Assembly: GCF_963921235.1 (NCBI RefSeq)
Contig: NC_086108.1
Coordinates: 23,002,001-23,066,000, forward strand
Direction of reading: 5' to 3'
Length of the DNA: 64,000 nucleotides
From: Mobula hypostoma
Lineage: Eukaryota
Every line of letters starts with the position of its first letter. The first letter of the stretch is position 1. Both the position numbers and the translations under genes were made by a program. The notes under the pieces are model-generated. The model had not been told where the DNA came from, did not search any database, and worked only from the letters and a program-made list of their open reading frames with translations. Shown one piece after another: positions 1-11,337 of the stretch.

Positions 1-169
1 ACCTCAATGCACTGTGTAATGATCTGATCTATATGAACAGTATTTAAGACAAATCTTTCATTGCATCTAGTTACATGTGACAATGATAAACCAATTCCAA
101 TTCCAATTCTAATATGGTTTAATTGCTGAGAAATTGACTTCATGGATATCATCCACTGTATGTAAAATC

Positions 170-805
170 CATGTCAACTTCTATAGATGTGTAGTGGACA
201 ATATATTGACTGGCTGTATCACAGCGTGGTATGAAAACACCAATATCCTCGAATGGAAAACCCTACAAAACTGGTAGATACAGCCCAGCCCATCTCAGGT
301 GAAACCCTCTCCATCATTAAGCATATCTACATGGAGCGTCGTCACCAGAAAGCAGCATCAACCATCAGGGATCCCCACCACCCGGGTCATGCTCTCTTCT
401 TGCTGCTGCCATCAGGGATGTGATACAGGAGCCTCAGCACTCATACCACTAGGTTCAGGAACAGTTACTACCTCTAAAATCTCTTTGGCACTTTAACCGA
501 GGGGGATAACTTCACTCAACTTCACTTGCCCCGTAACGCACTGTTCCCAATACTGATGGACTCGTTTTCAAGGACTTTTCATCTCACGTTCTTGATAATT
601 GTTGCTTGTTTGTTTGTTTATTTATTTATTTATCTTTTGTATTTGCAGAGTTTGTTGTCTTTTGCACACTGGCTGTCTGTCCTGTTGGATTCTATTATTA
701 TTAATAGATTTATTGAGTATGACCACAAGAAAATGAATCTCAGGGTTGTACATGGTGTCGAAAATGTACTTTGATAAAAAGTTGCATTGAACTTTGAACT
801 TTGAA
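170..805 (+). mobile_element. Rex1/Babar-like LINE, 3' fragment
   Basis: Translates NFYRCVVDNILTGCITAWY, the same motif as [19 protein letters not shown] in the LINE at 20610-23205; ends in a (actttga)n-type tail. Confidence 0.7.
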
Positions 806-1103
806 ATTCTTCAAAGCATCCAATGGATCAAATCCTCCAGTACACAGAATAGTAGAGATACAGCAGCTCAGTAATGCAAACGTAATCAGGCTTAAAGGAG
901 AGAATGGACGATGAAGGAAACTAAAGGAATTAAAATGAAAGCAATAAACATTATTGAGTTACATGTATCAGGGCTGAGACAGGAAAACTGTGATAAAGAA
1001 AATGCAAACAACAGGAATTCTGCAGATGCTGGAAATTCAAGCAACATACATCAAAGTTGCTGGTGAACGCAGCAGGCCAAACAGCATCTATAGGAAGAGG
1101 CGC

Positions 1104-1139
1104 AGTCGACGTTTCAGGCCGAGACCCTTCGTCAGGACT
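1104..1139 (-). ncRNA. Minimal type I hammerhead ribozyme
   Basis: Minus strand reads agtc CTGACGA agg-gtctcgg-cct GAAA c GTC gact: core boxes, stem I agtc/gact, stem II agg/cct, palindromic ACGT in place of stem III. Confidence 0.75.
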
Positions 1140-1174
1140 GTCCTGACGAAGGGTCTCGGCCTGAAACGTCGACT
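1140..1174 (+). ncRNA. Minimal type I hammerhead ribozyme (mirror copy)
   Basis: gtc CTGACGA agggtctcggcct GAAA c GTC gact. Confidence 0.7.
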
Positions 1175-1645
1175 GCGCCTCTTCCTATAGATGCTGCTTG
1201 GCCTGCTGCGTTCACCAGCAACTTTGATGTATATAAAGAAAATGCTACTGATTGTAAAAGTGAACCTTTCTCAACAGATTGAACATAACCAAAATTATAA
1301 AAATCTGAAGTAAAAGTGGAAAATTTTGAAAACATTCAGCTGCTCAGGCAGCAGAAGTGGAAGAGAACTGGAGTGAATGTTTCAGGGAACTCTACACTCT
1401 AATTGTGTTACTTGGACAATGGATTTTACTGAAAGGGAACTAATTTATGAGCCTATTTTTTGCCCCCTATATGAAGTGTCTTGGGATGTGTTTTAATGTT
1501 AAACGCTCGGTCAGATTCTGTTCGCATTGTGGTTAAATGATTGGTCAGATACATTCATTTGGTTTATCTCAATGCCCAGTGCTTTAAACCCCACGAGACT
1601 TTATTTTGTTCTTATGCAATTCATTTGGTTCAAAACAGTTAATAC

Positions 1646-1697
1646 CTTGGAGTAGTGGTTCTTCCCGCTCTGCTTCCTCCAGACCTTTAGCATTGGG
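1646..1697 (-). other. Candidate 52-bp exon of unidentified gene
   Basis: Pyrimidine-rich acceptor ctgtttcatcctgtctcacaccAG, donor aag|GTatta; open frames e.g. PMLKVWRKQSGKNHYSK. Confidence 0.25.
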
Positions 1698-1759
1698 CTG
1701 GTGTGAGACAGGATGAAACAGACTGGAAATGATAGAAGATAATAATCCTCCCAACAGTA

Positions 1760-4239
1760 GATGGGATGTGGACCACAGGAAATGGAAAGGGCGTGTCAAA
1801 AGGGCAATGTTATGAGAGTCATGGGAGATTTCAACTTGCAGATTAATTAGGAAAATCAGTTTGTTGAATGCTTATGAGATGGTTTTTAGAGCAGTTTGTT
1901 GATGAGTCTACTAGGGGATCAGCTATACTGGACTGGGTGTAAACCAGAGGTGATTAGGGAGTTTAAGGCAAAAGAACTCTTAGGAGACAGTGATCACAAT
2001 ATAATTGAGTTCCACATGAAATTTGACGGGGAGAAAGTAAAGTCTGATGTAGCAATACTTCAGTGGAATAAAAGAAATTACAGTGGTATGAGAGAGGAGT
2101 TGGCCAAAGTAAATTGGAAGGAGATGCTGGCAGGGATGTCAGCAGAGCAGCAATAGCGTGATTTTCTGGGGAAAAAAGAGGAAGGTGCAAGATAGGTCTA
2201 TTCCAAAAACAAAGAAGTCCTCAAATGGAAAAATAGAACAACCGTGGCTAACAAAGCTAACGTAAAAGCAAAAGATAGGGCATACAACAAAACAAAAATT
2301 AGTGGGAAGGAAGAGGACTAGGAACTTTAAAAACCTACAGAGAGCAACTAAAATAATCATTTAGGAGATAAAAGATGAAATATGAAAGGAAGCTAGTAAA
2401 CAATATCGAAGTGCATATTAAAAGCTTTTTCAAGTAAGTAAAAAATAAAAGAGAGATGAGATATAGAACCGTTAGAAAATGAGGCTGGAGAAATAATAGC
2501 AGGGGACAAGGAGATGGAAGATGAACTAAATGAGTATTTTGCATCAGCCTTCACTATGGAAGACACTAGCAGTGTGCCAGATGCTGAAGGGTGTGAGGGA
2601 AGAGAAGTGAGTGCAGTTACTATTACAAGGGAGAAGATGTTCAATAAGTTGAAAGACCTAAGGGTACATAAGTCACCTGGACCGGATGACCTGCACCCTA
2701 GGATTCTGAAAGAAGTAGTGGTAGAAATTCTGGAGCATTAATCTTTCAAAAATCATTGGACTCTGGCATGGCCTGGAATGCAAATGTCACTCCACTCTTT
2801 AAGAAAGGAGGAAGGCAACAGAAAGGAAATTATGAACCAGTTAGCCTGACCTCAGTGGTTGGGAAGATGTTGGAGTCAATTGTTAAGGATGAGGTTATGG
2901 AGTACTTTGTGACACAGGACAAGATAGGACAAAGTCAGCATGGTTTCCTTAAGGGAAAATCTTGTCTGACAAACCTTTTGGAAGTTTGTGAAGAGGTTAC
3001 AAGTAGGATAGATAAAGGGGATGTAGTAGATGTTGTATATTTGGACTTTCAGAAGGCCTTTGACAAAGTGTCACACATGAGGCTGCTTACCAAGTTAAGA
3101 GCACATGGTATTACAAGAAGGTTACTGGCATGGTTAGAGCATTGGCTGATTGGTGGGAGGCAGTGAGTGGGAATAAAAGGATCTTTTTCTGGTTTGGGCT
3201 GCCAGTGACTAGTGATGTTCCACAGGGGTCGGTGTTGGGACCACTTCTTTTTATGCTGTATATCAATGATTTAGATGATGGAATAAATGGCTTTATTGTC
3301 AAGTTTACAGATGATACGAAGATTGATGGAGGGGCAGGTAGCGTTGAGGAACCAGGTAGGATGCAGAAGGACTTAGACAGATTAGGAGAGTGGGCAAGAA
3401 AGTGGAAAATCAAAATGCAATATTGGAAAATGCATGGCCATGCACCTTGGTAGTAGAAATAAATGTGCGGACTATTTTCTAAATGGGGAGAAAATCCAAA
3501 AATCTGAGATGCCAAGGGACTTGAGAGTCCTTGTGCAGAACTTCCTGAAGGTTAACTTGTAGGTTGTGTTGGTGGTGAGGAAGGCAAATGCAATGTTAGT
3601 ATGCATTTCAAGAGGTCTAGAATACAAAAGCAGGAATGTGTTGCTGAGGCTTTATAAGGCACTGGTGAGGCCTCACCTTGAATATTCTGAACAGTTTTTG
3701 GCTCCTCATCTAAGAAAAAGATGTTCTGGGATGGGAGAGGATTCAGCGGGGGTTCACAACGATGATTCAAGAAATTAAAGGGTTACCTAATGAGGAATGT
3801 TTGATGGCTCTGGGTCTGTATTTCCTGAAATTTAGAAGAATGAGGGGGGACTTCATTGAAATCTTTCGAATGTTGAAAGGCCTACACAGAGTAGATGTGG
3901 AAAGGATGTTTCCCATGTTGGGGGGTCTAGGACAAGAGAGCACAGCGTCAGGATAGAGGGGCATCCATTTAAAACAGAGGTGCGGAGAAATTTCTTTAGT
4001 CAGAGGGTGGTGACTTTGTGGAATTTGTTACCACAAGCAGCTGTGGAGGTCCAGTCGTGGGGTGTATTTAAGGCAGAACTTGATAGGTTCTTGTTTGGCC
4101 ACGGCATTAAAAGTTACAGGGAGAAGGCCATGGAGTGGGGCTGAGGAGGGCAAAAAAGGATCAGCCATGATTGAATGGCGGAGCAGACTCGATGGGCCAA
4201 ATGGCCTAATTCTGCTCCTATGTCTTATGGTCCTATGGC
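1760..4239 (+). mobile_element. CR1 LINE, 5'-truncated, decayed ORF2
   Basis: GDSDHN (APE end), KSPGPD, QSQHGFLKGKSCLTNLL, YLDFQKAFDKV, VPQGSVLGPLLF, FTDDTK, LYKALVRPHLEY; 3' tail tcttatggtcctatgg. Confidence 0.92.
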
Positions 4240-4299
4240 CCAATAATGGGGTTAACAAGATATCAATAAAACCTACTGAGCTGCACCAATGGTATTAAG

Positions 4300-4577
4300 A
4301 CAGAATTGGATTCGCGTCATCTCTAGCATGGTTTTTCAGGCCGTCACTTTCAACAAGGCAAAACCTAACTTCATAAGTGGCTGTGAAGCTTCACTCCCAG
4401 ATGAGCCCAATACCTACCGTGCACACTTTGAAAGGGAGAATGAAACTTCTCCTGTGCAAATCCCTGCAACAACCATCGAACCAGTAATATCTGTCTCAGA
4501 TGCCAGCATCAGAACATATTTCAAGAAGGTGAACCTTTGCAAGGCGTCAGAGCCCAGTTATGTACCTGGCAAGGCTG
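4300..4577 (+). mobile_element. Rex1/Babar-like LINE internal fragment
   Basis: SLPDEPNTYRAHFE...KVNLCKASEP matches SLPDELNAFYARFE...RVNPRKAEGPDG of the 20.7-kb copy. Confidence 0.7.
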
Positions 4578-4732
4578 CCAATGTTAATGAGCAATTGGAG
4601 TCACATAAAGATATCCCTAAAACACATTGGGAGTTACCTGGGGTTTTATGTGATAATCTAATTGTTTTTACTAATTCCAAGTTATTATCACTAAATGCTT
4701 GCATTACTGAAGTGTAATTTGAGCTCATCTTT

Positions 4733-4930
4733 GGGTGGTGTGTTGGTGTAGCAGGAGGAGCTGCTGACTCACAGCTCCAGTGACTGGATTTCAGTCCTGA
4801 CCACTGGTGTCATCTGTGTGGAGTTTAACAATTTTCCTTGACTGTGTGGTTGTCCTCTGTGTTCTCAGGTTTACGTCCACATTTCTGGCTTGTAGGTCAA
4901 AAGCCTGGTGTAAAATGCCCTCTTCTGGGT
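4733..4930 (+). mobile_element. V-SINE (HE1-like), degenerate
   Basis: tRNA-like head followed by ctgtgtggagttt...ctgtgtggttgtcctc...ggtttacgtccaca, a degenerate V-domain. Confidence 0.6.
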
Positions 4931-4955
4931 GGAAGGTAGAATAATCAAGGGGGAG

Positions 4956-5150
4956 TTGATGGGGATGTGATAGGTGAGGTGATGGGGGCCTGATAGGTGA
5001 GGTGATGGGTGTGTGATAGGATAGGTGATGGGGATAGGTGAGGTGATGGGCGTGTGATAGGTGATGGGGATGTGATAGGTGAGGGGGATGTGATAGGTGA
5101 GGTGATGGGCGTGTGATAGGTGAGGTGATAGGGATGTGATAGGTGAGAGG
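4956..5150. repeat. Low-complexity tandem repeat of gtgatag/gtgagg/gtgatggg units
   Basis: Directly visible. Confidence 0.85.
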
Positions 5151-5177
5151 GACGAGCAGAAATATTTGAAGGTATGT

Positions 5178-5264
5178 GAAAAATGCTGGAGGAACTCAGC
5201 AGATCAGGCAGCATCTACAGAAATGAGTAAACAGTCGATGTTTCGGGCCGAGACCCTTCTTCAA
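5178..5264 (-). mobile_element. PLE pLTR fragment with degenerate hammerhead
   Basis: tgctggaggaactcagc...cagtcgatgtttcgggccgagacccttc, same family as 1006-1232. Confidence 0.65.
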
Positions 5265-5696
5265 TGATCATATGGAAGTACGAATTTCCCTGGACTAATG
5301 TCCAAGTTGATCCATGAACCTGAACCCTAAATTATCGTCCCCTGAGTTTAAAATGTCCGCTGCACTCCATCACTCAATTAACTAACCGAACTTGCGATGG
5401 ATTCAAGTGAGACAAATGTTTAAGAGTTACGAAACCTAGCGCTTTTACTGCAGTCCGCCACTCCAATTAGGCAGCAATGAATTGTCAAAGCTCTGGTACA
5501 GCAGGGCATTAGTATGGCTCCCTTTAATAGTGCATGTCTTAATTTTATGCCTCATTATTTTCCCCTGTAAATCAAGACATTAGGCTTAGTACCTGTCCAG
5601 TACACAGTTCAGTTCTGGGAAAGCTCTGTCCATTGTGAAGCCACTGAACCGCTGCATTACCTCAGATCATGAAACGTGGCCCATCTTTAGAGTTTG

Positions 5697-6436
5697 CTAA
5701 TTAGAGACCAAGTGGTTTCCTGGCTCACTGTCTGTTGTCTCTGTAACGGATTTACTGCTAATGTGAAAACTGATGTGCCAGGAAACCTCGTTTAATTTTC
5801 TGGCTCCCATTGTCCAGATTAATTCCAATGGATGCTCGTTAATCAAGGAGCCCGTGGCATTGCGTATGACGTACTGATACCGCAGCGCTTCGTGCACTGA
5901 ACTGGGTCCTGGATCTGTCACAGTGACAATGGCAAAGCCACTAAATTTGCAGGGATGACTCGGTGAAACTGACAGCATCTAACAGGAAGCTGGCAGTCCT
6001 GCATAGACGTTGGTTAACACAGAAATGGTGAAGCTGCTCTCAGTTGCAAGATGCACCTTTGCAGCCTTTCCAGCAGAATCCAGCAGGAATCACCTGAACA
6101 GGTGTGCATTTCGGGTATTGCTGAAGATGTCCACCATGAAATACCTTGAAAAGGTTGTCCTCTTCCGCATGGTGTCTAAGTGTGACTTTAAAGCCATAAG
6201 CAGAGCTCAGCAAATTATCTGACCTCCCCCCAAATAATATTATTCATTGGGCTATGTGCTTCTCCCCCACAAACATTTCAAAATGCAGTGCGCTTCTATA
6301 CACCAGCTGCTCATCAGCTAGTTTTTAGGTTAACTCTCTGAAGCTTTAAAGCCCATATTCAGGTTAAAAGGTCTGTGCTTCCAGGCTTGAAGTAAACCAG
6401 TAAAAGTACAGTTAGACTTCAACGATGGTGTACTAG
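5697..6436 (-). pseudogene. Decayed coding-like exon of unidentified gene
   Basis: Acceptor ttccttcctgtAG at 6437; one frame reads ALLMALKSHLDTMRKRTTFSRYFMVDIFSNTRNAHLFR*FLLDSAGKAAKVHLATESSFTISVLTNVYAGLPASC*MLSVSPSHPCKFSGFAIVTVTDPGP... with isolated stops; no TE motifs recognised. Confidence 0.4.
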
Positions 6437-6741
6437 CTACAGGAAGGAACGCACACAACTCACTAACAGTGTTAGACTGTGACAATAGTCCGTCAGATCC
6501 AGTGTGACTCTACACAATACAGTAAGGGGACAGTAATAATGTGGATTGAATGCAAAAATAGTCCAGCAAAGACAGGAGGAATACACTGAAAGAGTTTTGT
6601 CTTCTACTGCACAATGTACAACAATACAATGAGTACAGTGAGCACATATTAACCAGAAAACGGGTAATAGTACAGTTACTAGAGTACAGAAACTGATTAA
6701 ACTTTCAAACTTATTGAAACTTATTTAGAGAGTCATCTCAC

Positions 6742-6830
6742 AAGCAAGAAAGTCACTCTGTGCTTGGTCGTGAAGCCCAGAATCTTGTAGCCTTGACCTT
6801 CAGTAGTTCCAGAGTAAAATATCTCTGAAG
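6742..6830 (-). other. Candidate 89-bp exon
   Basis: Acceptor atcattttAG, donor |GTgaga; one frame open (SEIFYSGTTEGQGYKILGFTTKHRVTFLL). Confidence 0.3.
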
Positions 6831-7219
6831 CTAAAATGATAATAATTAGCAAACTATAAATTAACTAGGAGTCATTCAACATGTTTGATCCCTTCTAATA
6901 AACCATGCATTATTCTTGGCATTAACTGTATTTTTACATTAAATTTGAAGGTGATCTTCATTTCTCTGGATAATTGAGAGGTGGCAATACAATGCATTAT
7001 AATCATATATATTTACAATATGTATTTTCAATCTTTGGTTAATGTGGCGCATGAATTAAAAATGATGGGAAGCTGCTTCAAATTCCTTTCACCAACCTGA
7101 CCATATCGATTGTCAGAATTGACTAGTCCTGATGAAAGGTCATCAAACATTAAATGAAAGTTAAAAATCATGCAGATGCTGGGAGTGCCTGACCACTGAT
7201 TATTTCCAGAATACCCCCC

Positions 7220-7802
7220 CCATTCATTCCCACTCAATTAGTCTGTCAACCCATCCATCTCTCACTGCTACTTCACTAATTCCTCATTGCCTCAATGAAT
7301 CCCCTTCTTTCCACTCAGTTCCTCCTCACTCCCCCATTGATAGTCCTTTCATGCCCCCCACACTGATCCACTCACTCCCATTCCACTCCCCATCTCTCCC
7401 CCAATCCTCCATTCACTACCCCTCAATCCACCTCACACCCTCCACTGATCCTTTCACTGTTCCCTCCCACAGAACTAATCACTCCCTTCCACTGCTACTC
7501 ATTCCCCTCACTCTCCCTCACTTGCCCCTCGCACCCAACACTGCCCCATTCACTGCCTTCACTACTCTTTTCATTACTCCAGTCAATCCTGCCTTACTCA
7601 GCTCGCCCACCCTTCACTGCCCCTCACTCACCGTTCACTGCCCTTCACTCTCCCTTCACTGCCCCTCACTCACCGTTCACTGCCCTTCACTCTCCCTTCA
7701 CTTCCCCTCTCTCACCCACTCACTCTCCCTCACTCACCATTCACTGCCCCTCACTCACCCTTCACTTCCCCTCACTCTCCCACTCGCTCCCTCACTCGCC
7801 CC
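7220..7802. repeat. C/T/A-rich low-complexity tract that continues at 16787-16950 across the LTR insertion
   Basis: cactc/ccctc-type units on both sides of the 7803-16786 element. Confidence 0.8.
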
Positions 7803-7995
7803 TGTTATGTTACTTCTGTTTAAATGTACTGTGGGTTAACAGTAAAGAATCATATTCTGGAAGAATTAGAGAACTTTTATTTACAGTAATAAACAAACAT
7901 GTCTTAACCCAGCCACGTGCTGGAACATTCTGCAATCCCTCACATGCTCAGTGCTCTGTCCAATCATGTACATCATTGCACGTGATATTACCATA
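7803..7995 (-). repeat. 3' LTR of outer element
   Basis: Aligns end to end with 16595-16786; PPT adjacent at 7996-8008. Confidence 0.92.
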
Positions 7996-8032
7996 TCTTC
8001 CTTTCCTTAAAAAGAAAAACAATTAACGTTAA

Positions 8033-8191
8033 TCAAAACACATCCATATCAGACAACTGAAACTCTGAAGTCGGCTCTTTCTTGAAGTTTTTGCAATTCT
8101 TTCTTAACACTGCTCCCTCCTCTGTTTGGCCCATGTATGATCTGGTCTGTGTCCATGTGTTCCTTTTATCTTGTGTCCTCACTTTGTCTCC
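8033..8191 (-). pseudogene. Gypsy integrase C-terminal tail (outer element)
   Basis: GDKVRTQDKRNTW...RSYMGQTEEGAVLRKN resembles the GDxVR...W...PRSYxVxTExGxxxRRN tail of Gypsy integrases. Confidence 0.7.
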
Positions 8192-8239
8192 TTGTCTTTC
8201 AGACAAACGTTTCCTTCGATCAGTCAATTCATGTTCCAT
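8192..8239 (-). pseudogene. RABEP1: Captured RABEP1-like fragment 2
   Basis: MEHELTDRRKRLSERQ versus recalled rabaptin-5 AEREIADLRRRLSEGQ, which directly follows the region matched by fragment 1. Confidence 0.6.
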
Positions 8240-8367
8240 TTGTAATGAAATACGAATCTTCTTTTCTTCATCTATTCATTCATTAACTGTGTAATCTCTT
8301 TTTTATGCTGAGACTTCATCATTTCAATAATTCTTCTCAATTCCTTCACCTGTGCTTTCAGTTCTTC
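8234..8367 (-). pseudogene. SH3KBP1: Captured SH3KBP1 (CIN85)-like C-terminal coiled coil
   Basis: EELKAQVKELRRIIEMMKSQHKKEITQLMNE[1-nt frameshift]DEEKKIRISLQME versus recalled CIN85 [45 protein letters not shown]. Confidence 0.85.
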
Positions 8368-8643
8368 CTTATACTGTGCCCACTGTGAGCGTTCTTGCTC
8401 TAGACGGTGATGAAACTGAATCTCATATTCTCTCAGTGTCTCTTTCATTATCGCTTGCATTGAAGCAACCTCCTCCTGCCATTGCTTTTTCACATCATCA
8501 GTTGCCTCCTGTTTGGTCGTCCCAGACACTGCAGCTACTGCTTTTATATTCCCCATGTCAGCATTTGCCTCCATGAGCTGGAGCTACAGTCGAGTGACAT
8601 CACCTTCTGCCGACTGTGATGCAACATTCTGTCACTTCAGCTC
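8365..8643 (-). pseudogene. RABEP1: Captured RABEP1 (rabaptin-5)-like N-terminal coiled coil, fragment 1
   Basis: ELK*QNVASQSAEGDVTRL*LQLMEANADMGNIKAVAAVSGTTKQEATDDVKKQWQEEVASMQAIMKETLREYEIQFHHRLEQERSQWAQYKE versus recalled human DLKRQNAVLQAAQDDLGHLRTQLWEAQAEMENIKAIATVSENTKQEAIDEVKRQWREEVASLQAVMKETVRDYEHQFHLRLEQERTQWAQYRE. Confidence 0.9.
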
Positions 8644-8948
8644 TGTGTCACTATCCAGGACAAAAATTCTTTTCACCAAATTAAGTCTTTCACAGGCAGA
8701 TAAACCCAGAATTGACTGTACATTTTTTGGCACAACCACAAATGAAGGTGTATGCACAACATTTTTGTGTGATACCTTTACCACATATTTTCCTTTAACT
8801 GGAATGTCTGCACCTGAATACCCAGTCACTTTTGTATTTGTCTGATGTAACTTTGGTCTTGGCTTTAAAGAATTAAACTCAAATTCTGCAAGAACATTTA
8901 CACCACTATCAAGTTTAAACAGAATATTGTTTTGATTCACTTTCAATG
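8644..8948 (-). pseudogene. Retrotransposon aspartic protease (outer element)
   Basis: FKLDSG...TGYSG...SILGLSACERLNLVKRI; joins in frame to gag DWTIPL|KVNQ once the nested element and one TSD copy are removed. Confidence 0.85.
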
Positions 8949-10048
8949 TGTCACATGTCCAGTAACAATGAAAATAGAATTGAGTCAGGTTTTATAAACA
9001 AACATAAACATTTATTAAACTCTGCTCAACAATAGCGAAAAGTATTCAAACGACTAACTTAACTGGAAGTTAACTGCTGCACAGCAACTCTGGAACAGTT
9101 CTTAAAGTGGTAAATTCGCACACAGTCTTAAAGTGGTAAATTTGAAAGTCCAAGTGATGTATACAGTCAGTAAGGAGTGACTTCTCTGGAAATAGATTTC
9201 TTTGAAGACATGACATTACTGCTGGTCCTGTCCAGAGGATTCATGATGAAGGAAATAAAATGGCTTAAAGCAAATGACCTTTGTCCTGGATGGTGAACAT
9301 TGCACAAACCTTCCTGATCTTGCAGGAGTTATCTCAGACGCAGGCCACTATTCCTGAAAGAAGATTCAATAAGGTCGATCCTTTATGAAACCACTGAACA
9401 ACACCAACTTTACTCAATCCTTCGGGTTCCCGTACGTTGGTAAGGTCTTCACTCTCCAATACTAGACTGTAAAGGTAAATCAAAGGTACACCAAACAAAA
9501 AGTGGCAGCGATTGGCGAAACTGCTGGTACAACGTTTGTACCTTACAATAGAAAGTAAAAACTCCACTTTAAAATGAAACTGCGTTATGAAATGAATATG
9601 CAGCAAAACTAGCTAATGAATTGACTGATGAACTAACTGCGTAACAACAGGCGTTTACCGTTATATACCTGTTGGGAACACGGCATCCCGTGTCCTTACA
9701 CCAGAGGGAAAAGTACATCATGTGACCTCACACCAGCAGGAAAATTACATCACCCCACCATCACAAGACAATTACATCATGCTCACAAGATACTCAATTA
9801 TATCATGGTCATAAGACAGTCACGAGATACCCACGAGGTATGTAACACCTCCCTCCAAAAAGGGAAAATTTTGGTCTTTTATGAGCAAAATGTTAACAAC
9901 TAACTATTTACAAAAAAAATTACAGATGTATAAAATCTACAACATACACAATATACACAGTATTATCATACAGCACTTTACAAACTAATACCCAGTAGCA
10001 GTGTTACAAATATTAAAATACCACTCCAAAAAAAATTACATTGTACAT

Positions 10049-11300
10049 TCAACATCTAGATAGACAGTCAGCAAACACATTATCTTTACCTTTAATATGA
10101 GTTATCAAAATATTACCCTCCTGTAACATCAAACTCGAATTCAGTAACCTTCTATTTTTGTTTTTCATCTTACTCAAAAACACTAATGGATTATGATCAG
10201 TGTAAACTATGAGTGGTTTCTGAGTTGTACCAACATACACATCAAAATGTTGTAACGCCAAAACAAGGGATAATAATTCCTTTTCTATAGTTGAATAATT
10301 TCTTTGATGCAATTTAAATTTCTTAGAAAAGTAAGCTACTGGATGATCAGCCTCATCACCCTCATCCCTTTGGAGTAACACTGCTCCTGTGGCCTCATCA
10401 CTAGCATCTACAGCTAATGAAAATGGTTTTTCAAAGTCAGGTGACCTGAGCACAGGTTGATGACATAGCATAGTTTTCAATTTATCAAATGCCTCCCGAC
10501 AAGGCTCTGTCCAAACAAACTTTTCATTTTTCTTCAAGAGGTTAGTTAACGGAAGGGCAAAGTCAGCAAAATTCTTACAAAATTTGTGGTAATATCCTAC
10601 CATTCCCACGAATCTTCTAAGAATCTTTTTACCAGTTGGAGTGGGTACCTCTAAAATTGCCCGAACTTTTGCCTGAACAGGAGCTAACTTACCTTAACCC
10701 ACAATATAACCAAGGTAGGTCACAGTGGCATGCCCAAATTCACTTTTAGCTAAGTTAATAGTTAAGTTAGCTTTTGAAAGCCTTTCAAATAGTTTCTCCA
10801 CTGCAGTAATATGTGCTTCCCAAATATAATTTCCTGTAACTAAATCATCAATATAGGCATCTGTATCTTTTAACCCATGAATCACAGAATTAATCATCCA
10901 CTGGAAAGTACCTGGTGCATTCTTCATCCCAAAGGGAAGAACATTATATTCCTATAACCCAGATGGGGTTACAAATGCAGAAATATCTCTAACCTCTATC
11001 CGTCAATGGAACACACCAATAACCTTTTAACAGATCAATCTTTGTAAGGAACTTTGCTTTTTCAACTTTGTCCACACAATCATCCACTCTAGGGATAGGA
11101 TATGCATCAGTTGTTGTCACAGCATTCACCTTCCTGTAATCAGTACAAAACCGAATACTACTGTCTGGCTTAGGCACCATAACGCACCTGAACTCCAATT
11201 CGAATTAAAAGATCTAATAATATTATTCTCTAACATATACTTAATTTCTTGTTCAGCAAGTTCACATTTTTCCATGTTCATCCGATATGGATGTTGCTTT
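10049..11300 (-). pseudogene. RT and RNase H of Gmr1-like element (frameshifted)
   Basis: RFCTDYRKVN, KIDLLKGYW, MKNAPGTFQ, AYIDDL, AVDASD, YTDHNPL, DNVFADCLSR. Confidence 0.93.
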
Positions 11301-11337
11301 ATGGGTTTGGCATCTCCAACATCTAAATCATGTGAAG

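Larger units (their letters stand above)
1006..1232. mobile_element. Penelope-like (PLE) pLTR fold-back insertion with two hammerhead motifs
   Basis: 93-bp inverted arms 1046-1138/1140-1232 (1 mismatch seen), 40-bp unpaired tail 1006-1045, 13-bp TSD ataaagaaaatgc at 993-1005 and 1233-1245. Confidence 0.9.

Noticed and set aside
990..1335. ORFs shared with 57365-57836 (KLLVNAAGQAASIGRGAVDVSGRDPSSG)
   Set aside because: Incidental translations of the non-coding pLTR palindromes
7351..7839. Pro/His/Leu-rich ORFs here and at 4945-5214, 28067-28717 and 60932-61380
   Set aside because: Translations of low-complexity DNA or decayed PLE sequence
8272..8574. Functional RABEP1 gene or exon
   Set aside because: No splice sites, upstream in-frame stops, fused to a second gene fragment and enclosed by LTRs
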